This document shows, piece after piece, positions 40,140 through 54,800 of a DNA stretch of 64,000 nucleotides (positions are counted from its first letter, which is position 1; every line of letters begins with the position of its first letter). Source of the stretch: Macrostomum lignano (lineage: Eukaryota). The DNA lies in NCBI GenBank assembly GCA_002269645.1, contig NIVC01002519.1:101358-165357 (forward strand), given 5' to 3'. A program made the position numbers and the translations under genes. The notes under the pieces are model-generated. The model did no database searches, was not told the origin of the DNA, and saw nothing but the letters and a program-made list of their open reading frames with translations.

Positions 40140-41290
40140 GTCTATTACCAGTATGGGCTGTGGATTGCCAGTCTATGACCAGTATGGGCTGTGGATTGCT
40201 AGTCTAGTCTATGACCAGTATGGGCTGTGGATTGCTAGTCTAGTCTATGACCAGTATGGGCTGTGGATTGCTAGTCTAGTCTATGACCAGTAGGGGCTGT
40301 GGATTGCTAGTCTAGTCTATGACCAGTATGGGCTGTGGATTGCTAGTCTAGTCTATGACCAGTATGGGCTGTGGATTGCTAGTCTATGACCAGTATGGGC
40401 TGTGGATTGCTAGTCTATGGCCAGTATGGGCTGTGGATTGCTAGTCTATGGCCAGTATGGGCTGTGGATTGCTAGTCTATGACCAGTATGGGCTGTGGAT
40501 TGCTAGTCTAGTCTATGGCCAGTATGGGCTGTGGATTGCTAGTCTATGACCAGTATGGGCTGTGGATTGCTAGTCTATGACCAGTATGGGCTGTGGATTG
40601 CTAGTCTATGGCCAGTATGGGCTGTGGATTGCTAGTCTATGGCCAGTATGGGCTGTGGATTGCTAGTCTATGACCAGTATGGGCTGTGGATTGCTAGTCT
40701 AGTCTATGACCAGTATGGGCTGTGGATTGCTAGTCTATGACCAGTATGGGCTGTGGATTGCTAGTCTATGACCAGTATGGGCTGTGGATTGCTAGTCTAT
40801 GGCCAGTATGGGCTGTGGATTGCTAGTCTATGGCCAGTATGGGCTGTGGATTGCTAGTCTATGACCAGTATGGGCTGTGGATTGCTAGTCTAGTCTATGA
40901 CCAGTATGGGCTGTGGATTGCTAGTCTATGACCAGTATGGGCTGTGGATTGCTAGTCTATGACCAGTATGGGCTGTGGATTGCTAGTCTATGGCCAGTAT
41001 GGGCTGTGGATTGCTAGTCTATGGCCAGTATGGGCTGTGGATTGCTAGTCTATGACCAGTATGGGCTGTGGATTGCTAGTCTATGACCAGTATGGGCTGT
41101 GGATTGCTAGTCTATGGCCAGTATGGGCTGTGGATTGCTAGTCTATGACCAGTATGGGCTGTGGATTGCTAGTCTATGACCAGTATGGGCTGTGGATTGC
41201 TAGTCTAGTCTATGACCAGTATGGGCTGTGGATTGCTAGTCCAGTCTATGACCAGTATGGGCTGTGGATTGCTAGTCTAGTCTATGACCA
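40140..41290. repeat. 31/36-bp minisatellite (gggctgtggattgct[agtct]agtctatgaccagtat)
   Basis: Tandem units of two length classes. Confidence 0.95.
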
Positions 41291-41664
41291 GTACAATCGA
41301 TGTGCTGTGGATTGCTACAAGTAGTCTATGGCCAGTTCTGATATCGGGTCTTGCTAGTGCACGATTTAATTACAAAAACATTGTTGCAATTCGGATTTTG
41401 TCACAGAGAATCGCACTACCCTGGAAAAAATGTACCAATTTTGGCAATTAAAAAATTTGTCAAAGCACCAAGTTTTTTCTATTGGCAATCAAAATAATAG
41501 TTGCTGTATCTAGCAGAGCTGGTTGGGGGTCTAAGTAATTGGTTTTTTGTCAATTTTTGGACAGATTGCAGTCGATGGGAGAGAGAATGCAGAAGGTTAC
41601 AAAAGGTTAAACATGAAGGAATATTACGAGCGTAGCTGTGGATTATGATAAAATTGACGTAGAT

Positions 41665-42735
41665 TAAGAGAATATGGATGTGCATTATGATAATATAGAT
41701 GTGGATTAAGAGAATATAGATGTGGATTAAGAGAATATAGATGTGGATTAGGAGAATATAGATGTGGATTAGGAGAATACAGATGTGGATTAGGAGAATA
41801 TAGATGTGGATTAGGAGAATACAGATGTGGATTAGGAGAATATAGATGTGGATTAGGAGAATACAGATGTTGATTAGGAGAATACAGATGTTGATTAGGA
41901 GAATACAGATGTGGATTAGGAGAATACAGATGTGGATTAGGAGAATATAGATGTGGATTAGGAGAATACAGATGTGGATTAGAAGAATACAGATGTGGAT
42001 TAGGAGAATACAGATGTGGATTAGGAGAATACAGATGTGGATTAGGAGAATATAGATGTGGATTAGGAGAATATAGATGTGGATTAGGAGAATATAGATG
42101 TGGATTAGGAGAATACAGATTTGGATTAGGAGAATATAGATGTGGATTAAGAGAATATAGATGTGGATTAGGAGAATATAGATGTGGATTAGGAGAATAC
42201 AGATTTGGATTAGGAGAATATAGATGTGGATTAGGAGAATACAGATGTGGATTAGGAGAATACAGATGTGGATTAGGAGAATATAGATGTGGATTAAGAG
42301 AATATAGATGTGGATTAGGAGAATACAGATGTGGATTAGGAGAATACAGATGTGGATTAGGAGAATATAGATGTGGATTAGGAGAATATAGATGTGGATT
42401 AGGAGAATATAGATGTGGATTAGGAGAATACAGATTTGGATTAGGAGAATATAGATGTGGATTAAGAGAATATAGATGTGGATTAGGAGAATATAGATGT
42501 GGATTAGGAGAATACAGATTTGGATTAGGAGAATATAGATGTGGATTAAGAGAATATAGATGTGGATTAGGAGAATATAGATTTGGATTAGGAGAATACA
42601 GATTTGGATTAAGAGAATATAGATGTGGATTAGGAGAATATAGATGTGGATTAGGAGAATACAGATTTGGATTAAGAGAGTATATATGGGGATTAAGAGC
42701 ATACAGATGTGGATTAAGAGAATATTGAAGTGGAT
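41665..42735. repeat. 21-bp minisatellite (gatgtggattaggagaatata)
   Basis: About 50 units; they explain ORF 41479-42702. Confidence 0.95.
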
Positions 42736-44019
42736 TAAGCGAATATAGATGGGAATTTTTTAGTATATTTAGATTAGGGAAATAATGAATAAAAAAAGCC
42801 TATTTAACTGTGGTATACTCATCTCGACTCGCAATGCGCAAAAAATGGGAGAAATTTTCTACGCCAAATCTGGACTCAGCTCCCACGCTTAGCTTAGCAG
42901 CAGATTATCTTTTTTCCGCATCAGAAATCTCTCTTCCTGAGCCGGGATCTCAACCCTCGATCTAACCCCCCCCCCCTGCAGTCGGGGTTGTGGGTGCTGC
43001 GTGGCCGTTTTTGTAGCCTAATAAGCAGGTACACAGCAGACCGACAACTTGTAGTCATCGAGGCATTCAATGCGATAGTGGCACAGACAATCAGGGATAT
43101 AGGATTTCGCTAATCCCTTATAAGTCCCTCCCCCCGATTTAAATAATCAGATTTATACATAATTTATGGAATACTTATGGTTGCTTCTTAGTGCAATACA
43201 TGTATCAATAGTTTTGGTGCTTTAAGGCAGAACTTGGAACTGAGTATGAAAGTGAGCGGGATCTAGAAACAGCTGATTAGGGTTGTCATGCCCTGTAATC
43301 TGCCAAACACCCACGATCAAGTATTGCAAATTTAAAATCTGCAGTCTACCATCTGCAGTCTACCATCTGCAGTCTACCATCTGCAATCTGCCATCTGCAA
43401 TCTACCATCTGCAATCTACTATCTGCAGTCTACCATCTGCAATCTACCATCTGCAGTCTACCATCTGCAGTCTACTCGTACCATCTGCATTCTACCATCT
43501 GCAATCTACCATCTTCAATCTGCCAAGTTTCATCAACAAGGCTCAATAGTCATGGCACTTCATTATCAGCTGTCAGAGAATGAGGAGGGATTAAGCAGGG
43601 CCCGAGCCGATCAGTCTATGCAGATCCCACTTGCCATATTTCAGTTATCCCCAGATCCCTAGTAAGCAACCCTGAGGTGCATAATGCCTTTAGTCTCCAT
43701 AAAAAGGAGACACTCCCATGCAAGGCTTCTTTGAGAAGGTCGGCTGGCGATTTCCTCATCTGAGCTGGGAACAGAGATTAAGCGCAGGAGAATGCCAAAA
43801 ACAGGAACCATATTTAAATATAATAGGCGGCAATGGGGCGGCCAGGATCCTATTTTAAGCTGGGCCTGCCACTGTCGCACTGCGCATCCGGTGGGAGCCG
43901 CGGCGTTGCTTGAAAAAAGCCAGAATTAGCACGGCACATTATTGAGCTGAATGAGGCTCGTCTATTGACTGCTTTGATTGGCGGCTTGATCCACGCAGGG
44001 CTTCGCGGAAATAGTGATA

Positions 44020-44790
<771 letters not shown>

Positions 44791-45324
44791 GATTGATGTG
44801 CAGATCATGCCACCCGAAAGTGCTTCAATTATTTGCTTATGAATTCCACGCGGCCAGCTTGGAATTTCCGCTTCCGCACACCATCAGCCTGAACAGCTTT
44901 GATGGAGCACATGCACAATCAAGCCAAAATCAATTTTAACATCAACAAGTGCAGTCGAACTTACTGTCCGATGGTGGCTGCATTTTTATATTGTGCGGTT
45001 AAAAAACTAATTCGAAAAAAATTGTTCACGGCTATGCAGGGCAGATTTTTAAATCGCTTGGATGCAGACTTTGCAACAATCGACCCCGAGCGTGCAGCTA
45101 TAAGCCAGCTAAATTACCGGATGACAGTGAGCCAATGATGACCTGGCCTGCCGCCCATGAGAGCTCATTGGATTTTACCACAGTGAAACATCCGTAGATT
45201 TGTTTTTATGAAAGCCCAGATAAATTTTTGCTTTTGAATCACTTCGATTTATTCAGTGTACATGCAACCAATCTCATTTTGTACTTTTAATTTGCTCTCA
45301 CTAATTTGTGTGGGTTCCAAGATA

Positions 45325-45972
45325 GAATGTACTTTTAGGCTGCTCTCACCAATATACACTGATGAACATGGGTTTCCACAAGAATCCAATCTAGAATGTA
45401 CTTTTAAGCTGCTCTTACCAATGTACACTGATGAACATGGGTTTCCACAAGAATCCAATCTAGAATGTACTTTTAAGCTGCTCTCACCAATGTACACTGA
45501 TGAACATGGGTTTCCACAAGAATCCAATCTAGAATGTACTTTTAGGCTGCTCTCACCAATGTACACTGATGAACATGGGTTTCCACAAGAATCCAATTTA
45601 GAATGTACTTTTAGGCTGCTCTCACCAATGTACACTGATGAACATGGGTTTCCACAAGAATCCAATCTAGAATGTACTTTTAAGCTGCTCTCACCAATGT
45701 ACACTGATGAACATGGGTTTCCACAAGAATCCAATCTAGAATGTACTTTTAGGCTGCTCTCACCAATGTACACTGATGAACATGGGTTTCCACAAGAATC
45801 CAATTTAGAATGTACTTTTAGGCTGCTCTCACCAATGTACACTGATGAACATGGGTTTCCACAAGAATCCAATCTAGAATGTACTTTTAGGCTGCTCTCA
45901 CCAATGTACACTGATGAACATGGGTTTCCACAAGAATCCAATCTAGAATGTACTTTTAGGCTGCTCTCACCG
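45325..45972. repeat. 69-bp tandem repeat, about 9-10 copies
   Basis: Unit gtacactgatgaacatgggtttccacaagaatccaatctagaatgtacttttaggctgctctcaccaat; one frame open on each strand. Confidence 0.95.
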
Positions 45973-46834
45973 ACGTCTAAGACAAACAATAAAGAATTAA
46001 AAGACTAAAGCTCTTTACGGAGCAGCTGTTGTTGTCACTAAAGCACACACAATAGGATGCAGTGTTACATTAAGAAAAATGCATCAGCCATATTACTGTG
46101 AAATTACTTTTTATTTAAATAATAATAATAATAATTAGTTTAATCAATTAAAAACGAGTTTATTATCTACGCGAAATCGATAAATACAGTAATTATCAGA
46201 ACACCAAGCGAGATACAGACTAATTAATGGTGAAATTATGATCGAGCTGCAAAAAGAATCAATTCAAAATCGAGACAGTACAAACTAAAATCCACACAAA
46301 AGTACATTAAAATCAAGGTGATTAAACAGAAATCACAAAACCCAATTTTGCAGAAGAGCCTTATAGACCTGGCCTTATAGACCAGGAACCAAAACAATTA
46401 AAAATGTTTTATTAATAAGGCATTAGAAGAAATCTAAACAAAAAATTATTAACTAACAAGTTAATAATTGAATTTTGATAAAAACTTTGGTAGTTATAAG
46501 ACTTCAACATTCAAGTGAGCACGGCACACAGAAAAAATAAAAGTACATATTGCATCCGCAAAATATTTAGAATGCAGCAAAAAAATTTTACGCTGGGACC
46601 TGTTGGCAGAAACATTTTCCGTCTGACAAAAAGTATGAGTAACATTGGCACAAACAACACCAACACAATTTGCAGTAAACACGATTGAAACTTTTTTAGT
46701 TAATATTCTAGGCGGGTATTAAATATGACAGGTTTTTTTTGCACTGCTTGCATAGATTGTAACAGTTGTTCACGGCTCAGCCCTGCTCTGCAGATGAGAA
46801 GAATGATGGGAACCTGGGTGGGTTAGGCAGACCC

Positions 46835-46983
46835 AGACAGACAGACGGACAGACAGACAGACAGACAGAAAAAAGACACGCTGGGACAAACAGAACGATA
46901 AAAAGGCCGACAGACAGACAAATAGACACTAAGACAGACAGATATAAAATGACAAACGGATACACAGACAGACATCCAGATAA

Positions 46984-47014
<31 letters not shown>

Positions 47015-47061
47015 TACAGACAGACACAGACAGACAAACAGACGGACAGACATCCAGATAA

Positions 47062-47122
<61 letters not shown>

Positions 47123-47243
47123 TACAGACAGACAGACAGACAGACAGACACAGACAGACAAACAGACGGACAGACATCCAGATAAACAGACAGACAGACA
47201 GACAGACACAGACAGACAAACAGACGGACAGACATCCAGATAA

Positions 47244-47298
<55 letters not shown>

Positions 47299-47369
47299 TA
47301 CAGACATACAGACAGACAGACAGACAGACAGACACAGACAGACAAACAGACGGACAGACATCCAGATAA

Positions 47370-47424
<55 letters not shown>

Positions 47425-47615
47425 TACAGACATACAGACAGACAGACAGACAGACAGACACAGACAGACAAACAGACGGACAGACATCCAGATAAACAGA
47501 CAGACAGACAGACAGACAGACACAGACAGACAAACAGGCGGACAGACATCCAGATAAACAGACAGATAGACAGACGAACAGACAGACAAACAGACAGACA
47601 TCCAGTGTGACAGAC
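46835..47615. repeat. (CAGA)n-based array with higher-order units containing catccagataaa
   Basis: Visible periodic interruptions. Confidence 0.93.
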
Positions 47616-48829
47616 AAGCAGACAGAAAGGAGTAAAATTAGACTGGAATTCTGTACGAGAGATAAATATTCGGCAATCCAACAGGGCCAAGCCAGAACCC
47701 CAATCACAAGAGCACTACAATTTGCAGACCTAAATAACCAAGCTTTCACATGCCCGCCTCTTCAGTTTAGGCAGTGGATAAAGGTAAAACAAAAAACGCA
47801 CGCACACACAAAACAGATTCGGACAGAGGCCTCTGTTCCGCATCCGCGATTCGGGTCCGGACAAGGACATACAGCTATAGCCTGTTGAAGCAGGATGCAA
47901 AATGAAAACACAAAATTAGACATGCACTTTGATCTAAGCCAGGCATGAGAGCTACTAATGAGCAAACAATCCACCATAAAAACAACACATAAACAAAATG
48001 TTTTACAAACGAATTTCACAGCTACCAATATATTGAAAATTAAATAGAGCTAAATGACTAATAATGTAATATAATTATTATAGTTATAAATTATAAAAAG
48101 CTAAAAAGTAAAATTGTAGGTGACCAGATCGGCAATTAAAAAAAACGGGTTTCAAATTGTAAATCAAAATCAATGAGGTGCACAACAGCTATGAATAAAA
48201 GATTTGTAACTAAAATGATAATTAAAGTGATTGTTCATGGATATTAGCAATCAATTTCAATATCTAACAATTAAAAAAAAATACACAAAATTGACTAGCA
48301 TCAATTCTTATTTATTGGAAAATTCCTCAGTGCGGGAATCAAAGGTAAACGGAGCAAACATTGCTACTAGCCTACTAACAAGTAGAGCAGTTGGAACACG
48401 AGAAGCTAAAACAATCGAAGGACCTACAAGAGATAAGTTGGCTGTTCGAATTCATTTATGGCCTACCTGACTTAGTTTTTAAAAAACTTATTGAGCTTAG
48501 ATTAAACAGCGGTAATAGAAAGGGTGACAGGGTGTGCGGCGGTGCACATAATTAGCATATTATAATCAAGTGTAAACCACCAGCTTATAGCTGGCGAAAA
48601 AAGAAATGTTCCCACATAAAACACTGATATTTAATACCCAAGGCTACGCCCTAAGACTGGAAAATAAACAAAAACGACCTTCAACTATTCAATTAACTTG
48701 AAGTCTCGGGCACGTAAATGAAAAGTAGGAACTAAAATGTTTGTCACGTGATTCGGAGAATGCACAAGGCTAACTCTGTTGAACATTTTTAGTCATATAA
48801 CTTGTCATTACTGTTAACTAACAAATAAG

Positions 48830-51800
48830 TTAACATGCTGGCAGCAGAAATGACAGGGCTGAAGCAACAAGAACGGCAGCGGAAATTGCGGCTCGATTAT
48901 CAGCTGACGAAACAGAATTCGCACCGGAGGTCAGTACATCGTCTTCTGGAAATTATTGTTTGAAGTCGATGGCCTTACTGACGTAAGAAATTGAAGCTCA
49001 CGATGGACACCCCAGGTGAACCAGGTGAATACAGACACGCAATGGACACCCCATGATACAGGCCGATAGACACACAATGGACACCCCATGATACAGGCCG
49101 ATAGACACACAATGGACACCCCATGATACAGGCCGATAGACACACAATGGACACCCCATGATACAGGCCGATAGACACACAATGGACACCCCATGATACA
49201 GGCCGATAGACACACAATGGACACCCCATGATACAGGCCGATAGACACACAATGGACACCCCATGATACAGGCCGATAGACACACAATGGACACCCCATG
49301 ATACAGGCCGATAGACACACAATGGACACCCCATGATACAGGCCGATAGACACAATTGACACCCCATGATGCAGGCCGATAGACACACAATGGACACCCC
49401 ATGATACAGGCCGATAGACACACAATGGACACCCCATGATGCAGGCCGATAGACATACAATGGACACCCCGTGATGCAAGCGATAGACACACAATGGACA
49501 CCCCGTGATGCAGGCCGATAGACACACAATGGACACCCCATGATGCAGGCCGATAGACACACAATGGACACCCCATGATGCAGGCCGATAGACACACAAT
49601 GGACACCTCATGATGCAGGCCGATAGACACACAATGGACACCTCATGATGCAGGCCGATAGACACACAATGGACACCTCATGATGCAGGCCGATAGACAC
49701 ACAATGGACACCTCATGATGCAGGCCGATAGACACACAATGGACACCCCGTGATGCAGGCCGATAGACACACAATGGACACCCCGTGATGCAGGCCGATA
49801 GACACACAATGGACACCCCGTGATGCAGGCCGATAGACACACAATGGACACCCCGTGATGCAGGCCGATAGACAGACAATGGACACCCCAGGTGAATACA
49901 GACACGTACAATGGACACCCCAGGTGAATACAGACACACACAATGGACACCCCAGGTGAATACAGACACACACACAAACTGGGCACACCAGAATACACAC
50001 AATGGGCACACCAGAATACATACAATGGGCACACCAGAATACACACACAATGGGCACACCAGAATACACACAATGGGCACACCAGAATACACACACAATG
50101 GGCACACCAGAATACGCACAATGGGCACACCAGAATACACACAATGGGCACACTAGAATACACACAATGGGCACACCAGAATACACACACCTACAACAGA
50201 AACTCAGAACCCAAACCAGATAAATGAGGTGCTTACCAACAGTGAATCCAAAAGTGCGCCTTGGCAGAGGCTGCCTAGCAAATACCGGTTCGGACACATT
50301 AACACGAAAGGTCACTGACCTACTAGCGTGAACATAGTAAGCGGCTGGTAGTCTATAAACAAATTCCACCCAGTCACTAGCGGGATTAGCAGCGACGCTC
50401 CGACTATTTTTTATGACCAGACGCCAGCCAAAATCGGCTTCTAACAATGTACGAAATCGATTATTAATACAAGCCGATTGAGCAGGCACAGATGGCGGAT
50501 CCAGCATCTTATCAGGCCAATTCCATTGGTTATCAGCATTCATATTGTTTAATAACAATCGCACAGAGTCCATAGGATAGGCGCAGGACACGCTGCCAAC
50601 TGGGTAGAACTGCACAGAACTGCTCACGGTCCAGTAGGCAGTGAAGCCGGGCAGTGATAGCCACAGTCTGGGCACCGAGCAGGCCACTTCAACTGGCTGA
50701 CCGTGTTTTACACGAATCTGACTGCCCGGCTGGTTGCACACCACACTGGAGTTCGTCACGATGTCGCGAGGCTGACGGTCGTCTAGTAGGCGAGCCTGGG
50801 CGCTCCAGAGGACTCGGTCTGGGTTGGTGGGGTGAGCAAACTGCAGACTGAGCTGGTCGGCGTGCAGACGGGGTGCGTTGCTGAGCACCACCTGCAGGTG
50901 GGGGAATGGAGGATGATTTATTTAATCGATGGGTCATGGGAATCTATAAGGTCATCGATTGTCATAGGAATCTATAATGTCATAGATGGGTCATGGAAAT
51001 CTATGAGGTCATCGATGGGTCATAGGAATCTATAAGGTCATCGATGGGTCATGGAAATCTATGAGGTCATCGATGGGTCATAGGAATCTATAAGGTCATC
51101 GATGGGTCATAGGAATCTATAATGTCATCGATGGGTCATGGAAATCTATGAGGTCATCGATGGGTCATAGGAATCTATAAGGTCATCGATGGGTCATAGG
51201 AATCTATAAGTTCATCGATGGGTCATAGGAATCTATAAGGTCATCGATGGGTCATGGAAATCTATATGGTCATCGATGAGTCATGGAAATCTATAAGGTC
51301 ATCGATGGGTCATAGGAATCTATAAGGTCATCGATGGGTCATAGGAATCTATAAGTTCATCGATGGGTCATAGGAATCTATAAGGTCATCGATGGGTCAT
51401 GGAAATCTATATGGTCATCGATGAGTCATGGAAATCTATAAGGTCATCGATGGGTCATAGGAATCTATAAGGTCATCGATGGGTCATGGAAATCTATATG
51501 GTCATCGATGAGTCATGGAAATCTATAAGTTCATCGATGGGTCATAGGAATCTATAAGGTCATCGATGGGTCATGGAAATCTATATGGTCATCGATGAGT
51601 CATGGAAATCTATAAGGTCATCGATGGGTCATAGGAATCTATAAGGTCATCGATGGGTCATGGAAATCTATAAGGTCATCGATGGGTCGTAGGAATCTAT
51701 AAGGTCATCGATGGGTCGTAGGAATCTATAAGGTCATCGATGGGTCATGGAAATCTATAAGGTCATCGATGGGTCATAGGAATCTATAAGGTCATCGATG

Positions 51801-54800
51801 GGTCATGGAAATCTATAAGGTCATCGATGGGTCATAGGAATCTATAAGGTCATCGATGGGTCGTAGGAATCTATGATCATGGTTGGGTCATACGAATCTA
51901 AGGTCATCGTCAGGTCATAGCTGATAAGTTGAATGTTGACACCCACCTGCTTATACAACTGAACATTCCACAGGCAGAAAACCTCTTGTTGACAAGAAAC
52001 TTTATCGGCATTGGGGGACACAACCGAATAGCTTTGCAAACTCCGATTGCTAAATAATTGAGCAGTGAATGACAGATTAGCATAGTTGCTAATTAGCCGA
52101 ACGGCCAATTCAACGTATTGCGAGTTGATGCCATTGAATGTCACTTCCAGCTCGTTGCCAATCTTTGATACGTTCGTTTGGGAGCCAATCAGAACACTGG
52201 CATTGACGGAAATGTCTGCGGGAATACAAGTACATTTAAAGCAGTATATTCAGCCTCTAATTTAAACTTGTCTCTGATAAAGTACTTAATTATGACGAAT
52301 TCGAATTCGAATATAAGTACTTTTAGGCGACGAATCGGGCTTTTGAATAAAGTACTTTTTAAGCGATGAATCCGGCCTTTAAATAAAAGTACTTTAACAT
52401 GTCAAATTCAGCCTTCAACTAAAAGACTTTTGAGTGACGAATCCGGTCTTTATATAAAAGTACTTTAAGCAACGCATTCGGCCTCTAAATGTTTTAGCGG
52501 AAATTTGGAAAACCAAAAATTAAACTTTTCGAAGGTAAAAACTTACTTTTAGCATACACCAGGAGCGGCTTAAACGCGCTATAGTCGGAATTGAACTGAC
52601 AGCCATAATATCCCGTATCCTGAGCGATAGCGCCTGAAATAACAAATAATAGGATGTCATTAGTATTCGAGCAAAGAGATTCAGTTCGTGACTAGAAACA
52701 AGCAAAAACTACTAACGAGACACTAATTATAGTCACAATTAGCAAATCAGTAAAAAATAGACCCCTGTGCGTATGTGTTGTTCCTTCCAGCCAGGGGCTT
52801 TGACCCATTATGAGCTTTAAAGTAGCCTAACGCGCGCACACAGGCCCACACAGGTAGACTATATCTGTCTGCCTCACTTAGGCGCACTCCAAACGCAGCT
52901 GTCAGTCAGTTATTAGTAACACCTATTTCTCTAGCATGTAGTACTTCACTTCCCTCTCTTTTTTACTTTCACTACCCTCTTTATCAGCTACATAGCTTCC
53001 CTGTTGGAATGGAGGAACAGGTCAAAGAAATCCCAAAGAAAAAAAGCTCCGAAAGCAGAGGACAGGAAACCCTAGTTGTGTTGTTACATAGCATAAGAGC
53101 TTTTAGAGTTTAGATAGCTGCTTTGTACAGGCAAACTGTGTAGATGGCTGCTGCTAGGTGTAGATGATGTGGTGTGAGAGAAGCCTAATTTCCTTTCAAT
53201 AATAATAATAATTGATTACACCTGCACCAGAGGACAGATGTGCAACCGACAGCTCAGCCGCATCTACTGAAGGCTGCGTACGGCTGTTCAGTCTAAAGAC
53301 TGGGGGGGGGGGGGGGTTGCCACACACACCCTCAATTACCCCCCAGCTAATGCTGCAACACCCAATTTGCAGCTGGGTGAACTGACGCAATGCAGAGTTA
53401 AGTGTCTTGCTCAAGGACACAAATTGTTCTAAATAGTGTAATCGGGAATCGAACCCCTGACCTTTAAGTCGTGAGTCCGACGCTCTAACCACTAGGCTAC
53501 AAGCCATCCTAATTTTAAAAAATACTGTTAAATGCTTAAATAGTGAATGAACAATCGCCATCGCTCACCAACAATCTGAAATGTGACGCTAGTATCGTTA
53601 TGCCTAACAATGGGACTGTATCTGGCAGGAAAGTCGGCCCAGGGCTTATTCAGCCGCCAATTAGTATTGTCAATAATCTGTCTGGGTTGCGATGTTGGAC
53701 TCTGTGTGGAATCGTCCAGATCTGACTCTTCCAGAGCCATGAATGGCGTTGGCGATTGGAATCGAACCAAGGATGGCACAGTGGTGGCTCCAAATGGAGG
53801 CGGCCCATCAAATGAGCAGGTGATGTTGATGTGGGCACCTTCGGAACTAGTTCGAGTTGACAGAGTGACAGCAGATTTAACAGAGGCCACAGGTTGCACT
53901 TGATGACCTGGATGGCAGATTATAATAAAAATATGTTCTGTAGTTAAAGCTTCAAATCTATGCAAAACTTTTAATGTACAACAAACAATTTTAAAAAATG
54001 TACTGTAAATTATTTGCATTTATATTATTATAACCATACTGGACTCTCCTAGAAAAGTAGGGACTTGACCCTTGGAGTGTTCTAATACTAGCTAGGCTGG
54101 CAGTACTCAAAAGTTCAAAATGAGATAAAAAACCAGACATATCTACCTTATGAGTCTCATTTACATTGCTAAGCCTCTTGGACCCAATAGATCTAAGTCT
54201 TGCAGTTTTTAAATCACAATAATTATAATGATTTTAAAAGTTCTAAGAATAAACCCTGATAATAATATAGGCATTCCACTTTTGACAGACCTAAAAACAG
54301 TGATAGGCACTGCTAAATTTATTTTTAGCGCCACTAATTAGCGCTGTTGCTAACTGATAGAAAAAAATTAGCGATCACTAATAGCGGGCACAATTTCTAC
54401 TTTGAATTTAGCGCAATTAGTGCTGCTAATTTTGAAATGCGCAAATTAATAAATAAATTTAATATAAACTGCCATTTCACACATATTTATGCATTTTTGC
54501 ACATTTTTAACTCATATGTTTTAAATGAATAAGCTAATAATGCTATTGCTAATAATTTGTTTTTATTATCAATCCTAATAAAAAATCCTCAAGCCGCTGA
54601 ACTGTCAGAGCAACAGTTGGTAGAAAGAGTTCCTAAATTACAATGCTGTTTGCCTTAAAAATGTCAAGGGCCCTTGCAACCAAGGCTATAGCCTTCTTAT
54701 ACTCAAGAAGGAAGGCAAGATCATCAGCTTAAAATGGTGGCATGGGATTTATTAACCCCACCATCACCCTGTTGATAGCCTGTTGCTTCGCATCATCGCT

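Noticed and set aside
40140-41290. CRISPR-like regular repeats (also the 24-, 29-, 35- and 69-bp arrays)
   Set aside because: Units are head-to-tail with no unique spacers, there are no cas genes and the context is eukaryotic.
45325-45972. 69-bp repeat read as tandem 41-nt micro-exons separated by 28-nt GTGAG..TTCTAG mini-introns
   Set aside because: Concatenated 41-nt units give TGA at the first junction in one frame and cannot stay open, and 28 nt is very short for an intron; treated as an ordinary repeat.
53440-53509. Possible tRNA gene (also 8160-8223)
   Set aside because: A and B boxes are present, but acceptor and anticodon stems do not pair well and the heads continue into SINE bodies and tails.
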